Part shown: positions 1 to 12,800 of the stretch, piece after piece
Layout of the letters: each line of letters starts with the position of its first letter
How positions within the stretch are numbered: position 1 is the stretch's first letter
Source: Botryllus schlosseri
Taxonomy: Eukaryota
Length of the DNA: 64,000 bases
Direction of reading: 5' to 3'
NCBI GenBank assembly: GCA_051294905.1
Contig: CM119372.1
Span: 26,414,001-26,478,000, forward strand
Notes under the pieces: model-generated
Told to the model about the DNA's origin: nothing
What the model saw: only the letters and a program-made list of their open reading frames with translations
Database searches by the model: none
Program-made: the position numbers and the translations under genes

Positions 1-3000
1 ACGCAATAACTTTTCCCAGGCTATTGTACTTAGAGAGATATTGGCATACTTTGACATTTTGGGGGGTATGAAATTTACCAAGATTTCTCTATGTTCCCGA
101 AGGCCTAGAACTACAATTCCGGAATCAGAGTGTCTAACTCTGAAAGTTAGACCGATTGCACGCAATAACTTTTCCCTGGCTATTGTACTTAGAGAGATAT
201 TGGCATACTTTGACATTTTGGGGGGTATGAAATTTACCAAGATTTCGCTATGTTCCCGAAGGCCTAGAACTACAATTCCGGTATCATAGTGTCTAACTCT
301 GAAAGTTACACCGATTGCACGCAATAACTTTTCCCTGGCTATTGTACTTAGAGAGATATTGGCATACTTTGACATTTTGGGGGGTATGAAATTTACCAAG
401 ATTTCTCTATGTTCCCGAAGGCCTAGAACTACAATTCCGGTATCAGAGTGTCTAACTCTGAAAGTTACACCGATTGCACGCAATAACTTTTCCCTGGCTA
501 TTGTACTTAGAGAGATATTGGCATACTTTGACATTTTGGGGGGTATGAAATTTACCAAGATTTCTCTATGTTCCCGAAAGCCTAGAACTACAATTCCGGT
601 ATCAGAGTGTCTAACTCTGAAAGTTACACCGATTGCACGCAATAACTTTTCCCTGGCTATTGTACTTAGAGAGATATTGGCATACTTTGACATTTTGTGG
701 GGTATGAAATTTACCAAGATTTCTCTATGTTCCCGAAGGCCTAGAACTACAATTCCGGTATCAGAGTGTCTAACTCTGAAAGTTACACCGATTGCACGCA
801 ATAACTTTTCCCTGGCTATTGTACTTAGAGAGATATTGGCATACTTTGACATTTTGGGGGGTATGAAATTTACCAAGATTTCTCTGTGTTCCCGAAGGCC
901 TAGAACTACAATTCCGGTATCAGAGTGTCTAACTCTGAAAGTTAGACCGATTGCACGCAATAACTTTTCCCTGGCTATTGTACTTAGAGAGATATTGGCA
1001 TACTTTGACATTTTGGGGGGTATGAAATTTACCAAGATTTCTCTATGTTCCCGAAGGCCTAGAACTACAATTCCGGTATCAGAGTGTCTAACTCTGAAAG
1101 TTACAACGATTGCACGCAATAACTTTTCCCTGGCTATTGTACTTAGAGAGATATTGGCATACTTTGACATTTTGGGGGGTATGAAATTTACCAAGATTTC
1201 TCTATGTTCCCGAAGGCCTAGAACTACAATTCCGGTATCAGAGTGTCTAACTCTGAAAGTTAGACCGATTGCACGCAATAACTTTGTCCTGTCTATTGTG
1301 CTTAGAGAGATATTGGCATACTTTGACATTTTGGGGGGTATGAAATTTACCAAGATTTCTCTATGTTCCCGAAGGCCTAGAACTACAATTCCGGTATCAG
1401 AGTGTCTAACTCTGAAAGTTACATCGATTGCACGCAATAACTTTTCCCAGGCTATTGTACTTAGAGAGATATTGGCATACTTTGACATTTTGGGGGGTAT
1501 GAAATTTACCAAGATTTCTCTATGTTCCCGAAGGCCTAGAACTACAATTCCGGAATCAGAGTGTCTAACTCTGAAAGTTAGACCGATTGCACGCAATAAC
1601 TTTTCCCTGGCTATTGTACTTAGAGAGATATTGGCATACTTTGACATTTTGGGGGGTATGAAATTTACCAAGATTTCTCTATGTTCCCGAAGGCCTAGAA
1701 CTACAATTCCGGTATCATAGTGTCTAACTCTGAAAGTTACACCGATTGCACGCAATAACTTTTCCCTGGCTATTGTACTTAGAGAGATATTGGCATACTT
1801 TGACATTTTGGGGGGTATGAAATTTACCAAGATTTCTCTATGTTCCCGAAGGCCTAGAACTACAATTCCGGTATCAGAGTGTCTAACTCTGAAAGTTACA
1901 CCGATTGCACGCAATAACTTCTCCCTGGCTATTGTACTTAGAGAGATATTGGCATACTTTGACATTTTGGGGGGTATGAAATTTACCAAGATTTCTCTAT
2001 GTTCCCGAAGGCCTAGAATTACAATTCCGGTATCAGAGTGTCTAACTCTGAAAGTTACACTGATTGCACGCAGTAACTTTTCCCTGGCTATTGTACTTAG
2101 AGAGATATTGGCATACTTTGACATTTTGGGGGGTATGAAATTTACCAAGATTTCTCTATGTTCCCGAAGGCCTAGAACTACAATTCCGGTATCATAGTGT
2201 CTAACTCTGAAAGTTACACCGATTGCACGCAATAACTTTTCCCTGGCTATTGTACTTAGAGAGATATTGGCATACTTTGACATTTTGGGGGGTATGAAAT
2301 TTACCAAGATTTCTCTATGTTCCCGAAGGCCTAGAACTACAATTCCGGTATCAGAGTGTCTAACTCTGAAAGTTACACCGATTGCACGCAATAACTTCTC
2401 CCTGGCTATTGTACTTAGAGAGATATTGGCATACTTTGACATTTTGGGGGGTATGAAATTTACCAAGATTTCTCTATGTTCCCGAAGGCCTAGAATTACA
2501 ATTCCGATATCAGAGTGTCCAACTCTGAAAGTTAGACCGATTGCACGCAATAACTTTTCCCTGGCTATTGTACTTAGAGAGATATTGGCATACTTTGACA
2601 TTTTGGGGGGTATGAAATTTACCAAGATTTCTCTATGTTCCCGAAGGCCTAGAACTACAATTCCGGTATCAGAGTGTCTAACTCTGAAAGTTACAACGAT
2701 TGCACGCAATAACTTTTCCCTGGCTATTGTACTTAGAGAGATATTGGCATACTTTGACATTTTGGGGGGTATGAAATTTACCAAGATTTCTCTATGTTCC
2801 CGAAGGCCTAGAACTACAATTCCGGAATCAGAGTGTCTAACTCTGAAAGTTAGACCGATTGCACGCAATAACTTTGTCCTGTCTATTGTGCTTAGAGAGA
2901 TATTGGCATACTTTGACATTTTGGGGGGTATGAAATTTACCAAGATTTCTCTATGTTCCCGAAGGCCTAGAACTACAATTCCGGTATCAGAGTGTCTACC

Positions 3001-3532
3001 TCTGAAAGTTACATCGATTGCACGCAATAACTTTTCCCAGGCTATTGTACTTAGAGAGATATTGGCATACTTTGACATTTTGGGGGGTATGAAATTTACC
3101 AAGATTTCTCTATGTTCCCGAAGGCCTAGAACTACAATTCCGGAATCAGAGTGTCTAACTCTGAAAGTTAGACCGATTGCACGCAATAACTTTTCCCTGG
3201 CTATTGTACTTAGAGAGATATTGGCATACTTTGACATTTTCGGGGGTATGAAATTTACCAAGATTTCTCTATGTTCCCGAAGGCCTAGAACTACAATTCC
3301 GGTATCATAGTGTCTAACTCTGAAAGTTACACCGATTGCACGCAATAACTTTTCCCTGGCTATTGTACTTAGAGAGATATTGGCATACTTTGACATTTTG
3401 GGGGGTATGAAATTTACCAAGATTTCTCTATGTTCCCGAAGGCCTAGAACTACAATTCCGGTATCAGAGTGTCTAACTCTGAAAGTTACACCGATTGCAC
3501 GCAATAACTTTTCCCTGGCTATTGTACTTAGA

Positions 3533-3699
3533 CTCTAAGTACAATAGCCAGGGAAAAGTTATTGCGTGCAATCGGTGTAACTTTCAGAGTTAGACACTCT
3601 GATACCGGAATTGTAGTTCTAGGCCTTCGGGAACATAGAGAAATCTTGGTAAATTTCATACCCCACAAAATGTCAAAGTATGCCAATATCTCTCTAAGT
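3533..3699 (-). repeat. Single inverted satellite monomer (159+8 bp) with palindromic junctions
   Basis: Reverse complement of the monomer, starting and ending in CTCTAAGT; junctions ACTTAGA-C-TCTAAGT and CTCTAAG-T-CTTAGAG. Confidence 0.97.
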
Positions 3700-6600
3700 C
3701 TTAGAGAGATATTGGCATACTTTGACATTTTGTGGGGTATGAAATTTACCAAGATTTCTCTATGTTCCCGAAGGCCTAGAACTACAATTCCGGTATCAGA
3801 GTGTCTAACTCTGAAAGTTACACCGATTGCACGCAATAACTTTTCCCTGGCTATTGTACTTAGAGAGATATTGGCATACTTTGACATTTTGGGGGGTATG
3901 AAATTTACCAAGATTTCTCTATGTTCCCGAAGGCCTAGAACTACAATTCCGGTATCAGAGTGTCTAACTCTGAAAGTTACACCGATTGCACGCAATAACT
4001 TTTCCCTGGCTATTGTACTTAGAGAGATATTGGCATACTTTGACATTTTGTGGGGTATGAAATTTACCAAGATTTCTCTATGTTCCCGAAGGCCTAGAAC
4101 TACAATTCCGGTATCATAGTGTCTAACTCTGAAAGTTACACCGATTGCACGCAATAACTTTTCCCTGGCTATTGTACTTAGAGAGATATTGGCATACTTT
4201 GACATTTTGGGGGGTATGAAATTTACCAAGATTTCTCTATGTTCCCGAAGGCCTAGAACTACAATTCCGGTATCAGAGTGTCTAACTCTGAAAGTTACAC
4301 CGATTGCACGCAATAACTTTTCCCTGGCTATTGTACTTAGAGAGATATTGGCATACTTTGACATTTTGGGGGGTATGAAATTTACCAAGATTTCTCTATG
4401 TTCCCGAAGGCCTAGAACTACAATTCCGGTATCAGAGTGTCTAACTCTGAAAGTTAGACCGATTGCACGCAATAACTTTGTCCTGTCTATTGTGCTTAGA
4501 GAGATATTGGCATACTTTGACATTTTGGGGGGTATGAAATTTACCAAGATTTCTCTATGTTCCCGAAGGCCTAGAACTACAATTCCGGTATCAGAGTGTC
4601 TAACTCTGAAAGTTACATCGATTGCACGCAATAACTTTTCCCAGGCTATTGTACTTAGAGAGATATTGGCATACTTTGACATTTTGGGGGGTATGAAATT
4701 TACCAAGATTTCTCTATGTTCCCGAAGGCCTAGAACTACAATTCCGGAATCAGAGTGTCTAACTCTGAAAGTTAGACCGATTGCACGCAATAACTTTTCC
4801 CTGGCTATTGTACTTAGAGAGATATTGGCATACTTTGACATTTTGGGGGGTATGAAATTTACCAAGATTTCTCTATGTTCCCGAAGGCCTAGAACTACAA
4901 TTCCGGTATCATAGTGTCTAACTCTGAAAGTTACACCGATTGCACGCAATAACTTTTCCCTGGCTATTGTACTTAGAGAGATATTGGCATACTTTGACAT
5001 TTTGGGGGGTATGAAATTTACCAAGATTTCTCTATGTTCCCGAAGGCCTAGAACTACAATTCCGGTATCAGAGTGTCTAACTCTGAAAGTTACACCGATT
5101 GCACGCAATAACTTCTCCCTGGCTATTGTACTTAGAGAGATATTGGCATACTTTGACATTTTGGGGGGTATGAAATTTACCAAGATTTCTCTATGTTCCC
5201 GAAGGCCTAGAATTACAATTCCGGTATCAGAGTGTCTAACTCTGAAAGTTACACTGATTGCACGCAGTAACTTTTCCCTGGCTATTGTACTTAGAGAGAT
5301 ATTGGCATACTTTGACATTTTGGGGGGTATGAAATTTACCAAGATTTCTCTATGTTCCCGAAGGCCTAGAACTACAATTCCGGTATCATAGTGTCTAACT
5401 CTGAAAGTTACACCGATTGCACGCAATAACTTTTCCCTGGCTATTGTACTTAGAGAGATATTGGCATACTTTGACATTTTGGGGGGTATGAAATTTACCA
5501 AGATTTCTCTATGTTCCCGAAGGCCTAGAACTACAATTCCGGTATCAGAGTGTCTAACTCTGAAAGTTACACCGATTGCACGCAATAACTTCTCCCTGGC
5601 TATTGTACTTAGAGAGATATTGGCATACTTTGACATTTTGGGGGGTATGAAATTTACCAAGATTTCTCTATGTTCCCGAAGGCCTAGAATTACAATTCCG
5701 ATATCAGAGTGTCCAACTCTGAAAGTTAGACCGATTGCACGCAATAACTTTTCCCTGGCTATTGTACTTAGAGAGATATTGGCATACTTTGACATTTTGG
5801 GGGGTATGAAATTTACCAAGATTTCTCTATGTTCCCGAAGGCCTAGAACTACAATTCCGGTATCAGAGTGTCTAACTCTGAAAGTTACAACGATTGCACG
5901 CAATAACTTTTCCCTGGCTATTGTACTTAGAGAGATATTGGCATACTTTGACATTTTGGGGGGTATGAAATTTACCAAGATTTCTCTATGTTCCCGAAGG
6001 CCTAGAACTACAATTCCGGAATCAGAGTGTCTAACTCTGAAAGTTAGACCGATTGCACGCAATAACTTTGTCCTGTCTATTGTGCTTAGAGAGATATTGG
6101 CATACTTTGACATTTTGGGGGGTATGAAATTTACCAAGATTTCTCTATGTTCCCGAAGGCCTAGAACTACAATTCCGGTATCAGAGTGTCTACCTCTGAA
6201 AGTTACATCGATTGCACGCAATAACTTTTCCCAGGCTATTGTACTTAGAGAGATATTGGCATACTTTGACATTTTGGGGGGTATGAAATTTACCAAGATT
6301 TCTCTATGTTCCCGAAGGCCTAGAACTACAATTCCGGAATCAGAGTGTCTAACTCTGAAAGTTAGACCGATTGCACGCAATAACTTTTCCCTGGCTATTG
6401 TACTTAGAGAGATATTGGCATACTTTGACATTTTCGGGGGTATGAAATTTACCAAGATTTCTCTATGTTCCCGAAGGCCTAGAACTACAATTCCGGTATC
6501 ATAGTGTCTAACTCTGAAAGTTACACCGATTGCACGCAATAACTTTTCCCTGGCTATTGTACTTAGAGAGATATTGGCATACTTTGACATTTTGGGGGGT

Positions 6601-6726
6601 ATGAAATTTACCAAGATTTCTCTATGTTCCCGAAGGCCTAGAACTACAATTCCGGTATCAGAGTGTCTAACTCTGAAAGTTACACCGATTGCACGCAATA
6701 ACTTTTCCCTGGCTATTGTACTTAGA

Positions 6727-6893
6727 CTCTAAGTACAATAGCCAGGGAAAAGTTATTGCGTGCAATCGGTGTAACTTTCAGAGTTAGACACTCTGATACC
6801 GGAATTGTAGTTCTAGGCCTTCGGGAACATAGAGAAATCTTGGTAAATTTCATACCCCACAAAATGTCAAAGTATGCCAATATCTCTCTAAGT
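6727..6893 (-). repeat. Second copy of the inverted monomer
   Basis: Same sequence and junctions as 3533-3699, exactly 3194 bp downstream. Confidence 0.97.
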
Positions 6894-9800
6894 CTTAGAG
6901 AGATATTGGCATACTTTGACATTTTGTGGGGTATGAAATTTACCAAGATTTCTCTATGTTCCCGAAGGCCTAGAACTACAATTCCGGTATCAGAGTGTCT
7001 AACTCTGAAAGTTACACCGATTGCACGCAATAACTTTTCCCTGGCTATTGTACTTAGAGAGATATTGGCATACTTTGACATTTTGGGGGGTATGAAATTT
7101 ACCAAGATTTCTCTATGTTCCCGAAGGCCTAGAACTACAATTCCGGTATCAGAGTGTCTAACTCTGAAAGTTACACCGATTGCACGCAATAACTTTTCCC
7201 TGGCTATTGTACTTAGAGAGATATTGGCATACTTTGACATTTTGTGGGGTATGAAATTTACCAAGATTTCTCTATGTTCCCGAAGGCCTAGAACTACAAT
7301 TCCGGTATCATAGTGTCTAACTCTGAAAGTTACACCGATTGCACGCAATAACTTTTCCCTGGCTATTGTACTTAGAGAGATATTGGCATACTTTGACATT
7401 TTGGGGGGTATGAAATTTACCAAGATTTCTCTATGTTCCCGAAGGCCTAGAACTACAATTCCGGTATCAGAGTGTCTAACTCTGAAAGTTACACCGATTG
7501 CACGCAATAACTTCTCCCTGGCTATTGTACTTAGAGAGATATTGGCATACTTTGACATTTTGGGGGGTATGAAATTTACCAAGATTTCTCTATGTTCCCG
7601 AAGGCCTAGAATTACAATTCCGATATCAGAGTGTCCAACTCTGAAAGTTAGACCGATTGCACGCAATAACTTTTCCCTGGCTATTGTACTTAGAGAGATA
7701 TTGGCATACTTTGACATTTTGGGGGGTATGAAATTTACCAAGATTTCTCTATGTTCCCGAAGGCCTAGAACTACAATTCCGGTATCAGAGTGTCTAACTC
7801 TGAAAGTTACAACGATTGCACGCAATAACTTTTCCCTGGCTATTGTACTTAGAGAGATATTGGCATACTTTGACATTTTGGGGGGTATGAAATTTACCAA
7901 GATTTCTCTATGTTCCCGAAGGCCTAGAACTACAATTCCGGAATCAGAGTGTCTAACTCTGAAAGTTAGACCGATTGCACGCAATAACTTTGTCCTGTCT
8001 ATTGTGCTTAGAGAGATATTGGCATACTTTGACATTTTGGGGGGTATGAAATTTACCAAGATTTCTCTATGTTCCCGAAGGCCTAGAACTACAATTCCGG
8101 TATCAGAGTGTCTACCTCTGAAAGTTACATCGATTGCACGCAATAACTTTTCCCAGGCTATTGTACTTAGAGAGATATTGGCATACTTTGACATTTTGGG
8201 GGGTATGAAATTTACCAAGATTTCTCTATGTTCCCGAAGGCCTAGAACTACAATTCCGGAATCAGAGTGTCTAACTCTGAAAGTTAGACCGATTGCACGC
8301 AATAACTTTTCCCTGGCTATTGTACTTAGAGAGATATTGGCATACTTTGACATTTTCGGGGGTATGAAATTTACCAAGATTTCTCTATGTTCCCGAAGGC
8401 CTAGAACTACAATTCCGGTATCATAGTGTCTAACTCTGAAAGTTACACCGATTGCACGCAATAACTTTTCCCTGGCTATTGTACTTAGAGAGATATTGGC
8501 ATACTTTGACATTTTGGGGGGTATGAAATTTACCAAGATTTCTCTATGTTCCCGAAGGCCTAGAACTACAATTCCGGTATCAGAGTGTCTAACTCTGAAA
8601 GTTACACCGATTGCACGCAATAACTTTTCCCTGGCTATTGTACTTAGAGAGATATTGGCATACTTTGACATTTTGTGGGGTATGAAATTTACCAAGATTT
8701 CTCTATGTTCCCGAAGGCCTAGAACTACAATTCCGGTATCAGAGTGTCTAACTCTGAAAGTTACACCGATTGCACGCAATAACTTTTCCCTGGCTATTGT
8801 ACTTAGAGAGATATTGGCATACTTTGACATTTTGGGGGGTATGAAATTTACCAAGATTTCTCTGTGTTCCCGAAGGCCTAGAACTACAATTCCGGTATCA
8901 GAGTGTCTAACTCTGAAAGTTAGACCGATTGCACGCAATAACTTTTCCCTGGCTATTGTACTTAGAGAGATATTGGCATACTTTGACATTTTGGGGGGTA
9001 TGAAATTTACCAAGATTTCTCTATGTTCCCGAAGGCCTAGAACTACAATTCCGGTATCAGAGTGTCTAACTCTGAAAGTTACAACGATTGCACGCAATAA
9101 CTTTTCCCTGGCTATTGTACTTAGAGAGATATTGGCATACTTTGACATTTTGGGGGGTATGAAATTTACCAAGATTTCTCTATGTTCCCGAAGGCCTAGA
9201 ACTACAATTCCGGTATCAGAGTGTCTAACTCTGAAAGTTAGACCGATTGCACGCAATAACTTTGTCCTGTCTATTGTGCTTAGAGAGATATTGGCATACT
9301 TTGACATTTTGGGGGGTATGAAATTTACCAAGATTTCTCTATGTTCCCGAAGGCCTAGAACTACAATTCCGGTATCAGAGTGTCTAACTCTGAAAGTTAC
9401 ATCGATTGCACGCAATAACTTTTCCCAGGCTATTGTACTTAGAGAGATATTGGCATACTTTGACATTTTGGGGGGTATGAAATTTACCAAGATTTCTCTA
9501 TGTTCCCGAAGGCCTAGAACTACAATTCCGGAATCAGAGTGTCTAACTCTGAAAGTTAGACCGATTGCACGCAATAACTCTTCCCTGGCTATTGTACTTA
9601 GAGAGATATTGGCATACTTTGACATTTTGGGGGGTATGAAATTTACCAAGATTTCTCTATGTTCCCGAAGGCCTAGAACTACAATTCCGGTATCATAGTG
9701 TCTAACTCTGAAAGTTACACCGATTGCACGCAATAACTTTTCCCTGGCTATTGTACTTAGAGAGATATTGGCATACTTTGACATTTTGGGGGGTATGAAA

Positions 9801-12800
9801 TTTACCAAGATTTCTCTATGTTCCCGAAGGCCTAGAACTACAATTCCGGTATCAGAGTGTCTAACTCTGAAAGTTACACCGATTGCACGCAATAACTTCT
9901 CCCTGGCTATTGTACTTAGAGAGATATTGGCATACTTTGACATTTTGGGGGGTATGAAATTTACCAAGATTTCTCTATGTTCCCGAAGGCCTAGAATTAC
10001 AATTCCGGTATCAGAGTGTCTAACTCTGAAAGTTACACTGATTGCACGCAGTAACTTTTCCCTGGCTATTGTACTTAGAGAGATATTGGCATACTTTGAC
10101 ATTTTGGGGGGTATGAAATTTACCAAGATTTCTCTATGTTCCCGAAGGCCTAGAACTACAATTCCGGTATCATAGTGTCTAACTCTGAAAGTTACACCGA
10201 TTGCACGCAATAACTTTTCCCTGGCTATTGTACTTAGAGAGATATTGGCATACTTTGACATTTTGGGGGGTATGAAATTTACCAAGATTTCTCTATGTTC
10301 CCGAAGGCCTAGAACTACAATTCCGGTATCAGAGTGTCTAACTCTGAAAGTTACACCGATTGCACGCAATAACTTCTCCCTGGCTATTGTACTTAGAGAG
10401 ATATTGGCATACTTTGACATTTTGGGGGGTATGAAATTTACCAAGATTTCTCTATGTTCCCGAAGGCCTAGAATTACAATTCCGATATCAGAGTGTCCAA
10501 CTCTGAAAGTTAGACCGATTGCACGCAATAACTTTTCCCTGGCTATTGTACTTAGAGAGATATTGGCATACTTTGACATTTTGGGGGGTATGAAATTTAC
10601 CAAGATTTCTCTATGTTCCCGAAGGCCTAGAACTACAATTCCGGTATCAGAGTGTCTAACTCTGAAAGTTACAACGATTGCACGCAATAACTTTTCCCTG
10701 GCTATTGTACTTAGAGAGATATTGGCATACTTTGACATTTTGGGGGGTATGAAATTTACCAAGATTTCTCTATGTTCCCGAAGGCCTAGAACTACAATTC
10801 CGGAATCAGAGTGTCTAACTCTGAAAGTTAGACCGATTGCACGCAATAACTTTGTCCTGTCTATTGTGCTTAGAGAGATATTGGCATACTTTGACATTTT
10901 GGGGGGTATGAAATTTACCAAGATTTCTCTATGTTCCCGAAGGCCTAGAACTACAATTCCGGTATCAGAGTGTCTACCTCTGAAAGTTACATCGATTGCA
11001 CGCAATAACTTTTCCCAGGCTATTGTACTTAGAGAGATATTGGCATACTTTGACATTTTGGGGGGTATGAAATTTACCAAGATTTCTCTATGTTCCCGAA
11101 GGCCTAGAACTACAATTCCGGAATCAGAGTGTCTAACTCTGAAAGTTAGACCGATTGCACGCAATAACTTTTCCCTGGCTATTGTACTTAGAGAGATATT
11201 GGCATACTTTGACATTTTGGGGGGTATGAAATTTACCAAGATTTCTCTATGTTCCCGAAGGCCTAGAACTACAATTCCGGTATCATAGTGTCTAACTCTG
11301 AAAGTTACACCGATTGCACGCAATAACTTTTCCCTGGCTATTGTACTTAGAGAGATATTGGCATACTTTGACATTTTGGGGGGGTATGAAATTTACCAAG
11401 ATTTCTCTATGTTCCCGAAGGCCTAGAACTACAATTCCGGTATCAGAGTGTCTAACTCTGAAAGTTACACCGATTGCACGCAATAACTTTTCCCTGGCTA
11501 TTGTACTTAGAGAGATATTGGCATACTTTGACATTTTGGGGGGTATGAAATTTACCAAGATTTCTCTATGTTCCCGAAAGCCTAGAACTACAATTCCGGT
11601 ATCAGAGTGTCTAACTCTGAAAGTTACACCGATTGCACGCAATAACTTTTCCCTGGCTATTGTACTTAGAGAGATATTGGCATACTTTGACATTTTGTGG
11701 GGTATGAAATTTACCAAGATTTCTCTATGTTCCCGAAGGCCTAGAACTACAATTCCGGTATCAGAGTGTCTAACTCTGAAAGTTACACCGATTGCACGCA
11801 ATAACTTTTCCCTGGCTATTGTACTTAGAGAGATATTGGCATACTTTGACATTTTGGGGGGTATGAAATTTACCAAGATTTCTCTGTGTTCCCGAAGGCC
11901 TAGAACTACAATTCCGGTATCAGAGTGTCTAACTCTGAAAGTTAGACCGATTGCACGCAATAACTTTTCCCTGGCTATTGTACTTAGAGAGATATTGGCA
12001 TACTTTGACATTTTGGGGGGTATGAAATTTACCAAGATTTCTCTATGTTCCCGAAGGCCTAGAACTACAATTCCGGTATCAGAGTGTCTAACTCTGAAAG
12101 TTACAACGATTACACGCAATAACTTTTCCCTGGCTATTGTACTTAGAGAGATATTGGCATACTTTGACATTTTGGGGGGTATGAAATTTACCAAGATTTC
12201 TCTATGTTCCCGAAGGCCTAGAACTACAATTCCGGTATCAGAGTGTCTAACTCTGAAAGTTACACCGATTGCACGCAATAACTTTTCCCTGGCTATTGTA
12301 CTTAGAGAGATATTGGCATACTTTGACATTTTGGGGGGTATGAAATTTACCAAGATTTCTCTATGTTCCCGAAGGCCTAGAACTACAATTCCGGTATCAG
12401 AGTGTCTAACTCTGAAAGTTACAACGATTGCACGCAATAACTTTTCCCTGGCTATTGTACTTAGAGAGATATTGGCATACTTTGACATTTTGGGGGGTAT
12501 GAAATTTACCAAGATTTCTCTATGTTCCCGAAGGCCTAGAACTACAATTCCGGTATCAGAGTGTCTAACTCTGAAAGTTAGACCGATTGCACGCAATAAC
12601 TTTGTCCTGTCTATTGTGCTTAGAGAGATATTGGCATACTTTGACATTTTGGGGGGTATGAAATTTACCAAGATTTCTCTATGTTCCCGAAGGCCTAGAA
12701 CTACAATTCCGGTATCAGAGTGTCTAACTCTGAAAGTTACATCGATTGCACGCAATAACTTTTCCCAGGCTATTGTACTTAGAGAGATATTGGCATACTT

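Noticed and set aside
3526..3706. Inversion as a restriction/ligation artefact at the CTNAG (DdeI-type) site
   Set aside because: The junctions duplicate 8 and 6 bp with complemented centre bases rather than re-forming a simple ligated site, and the structure recurs within a diverging HOR context.
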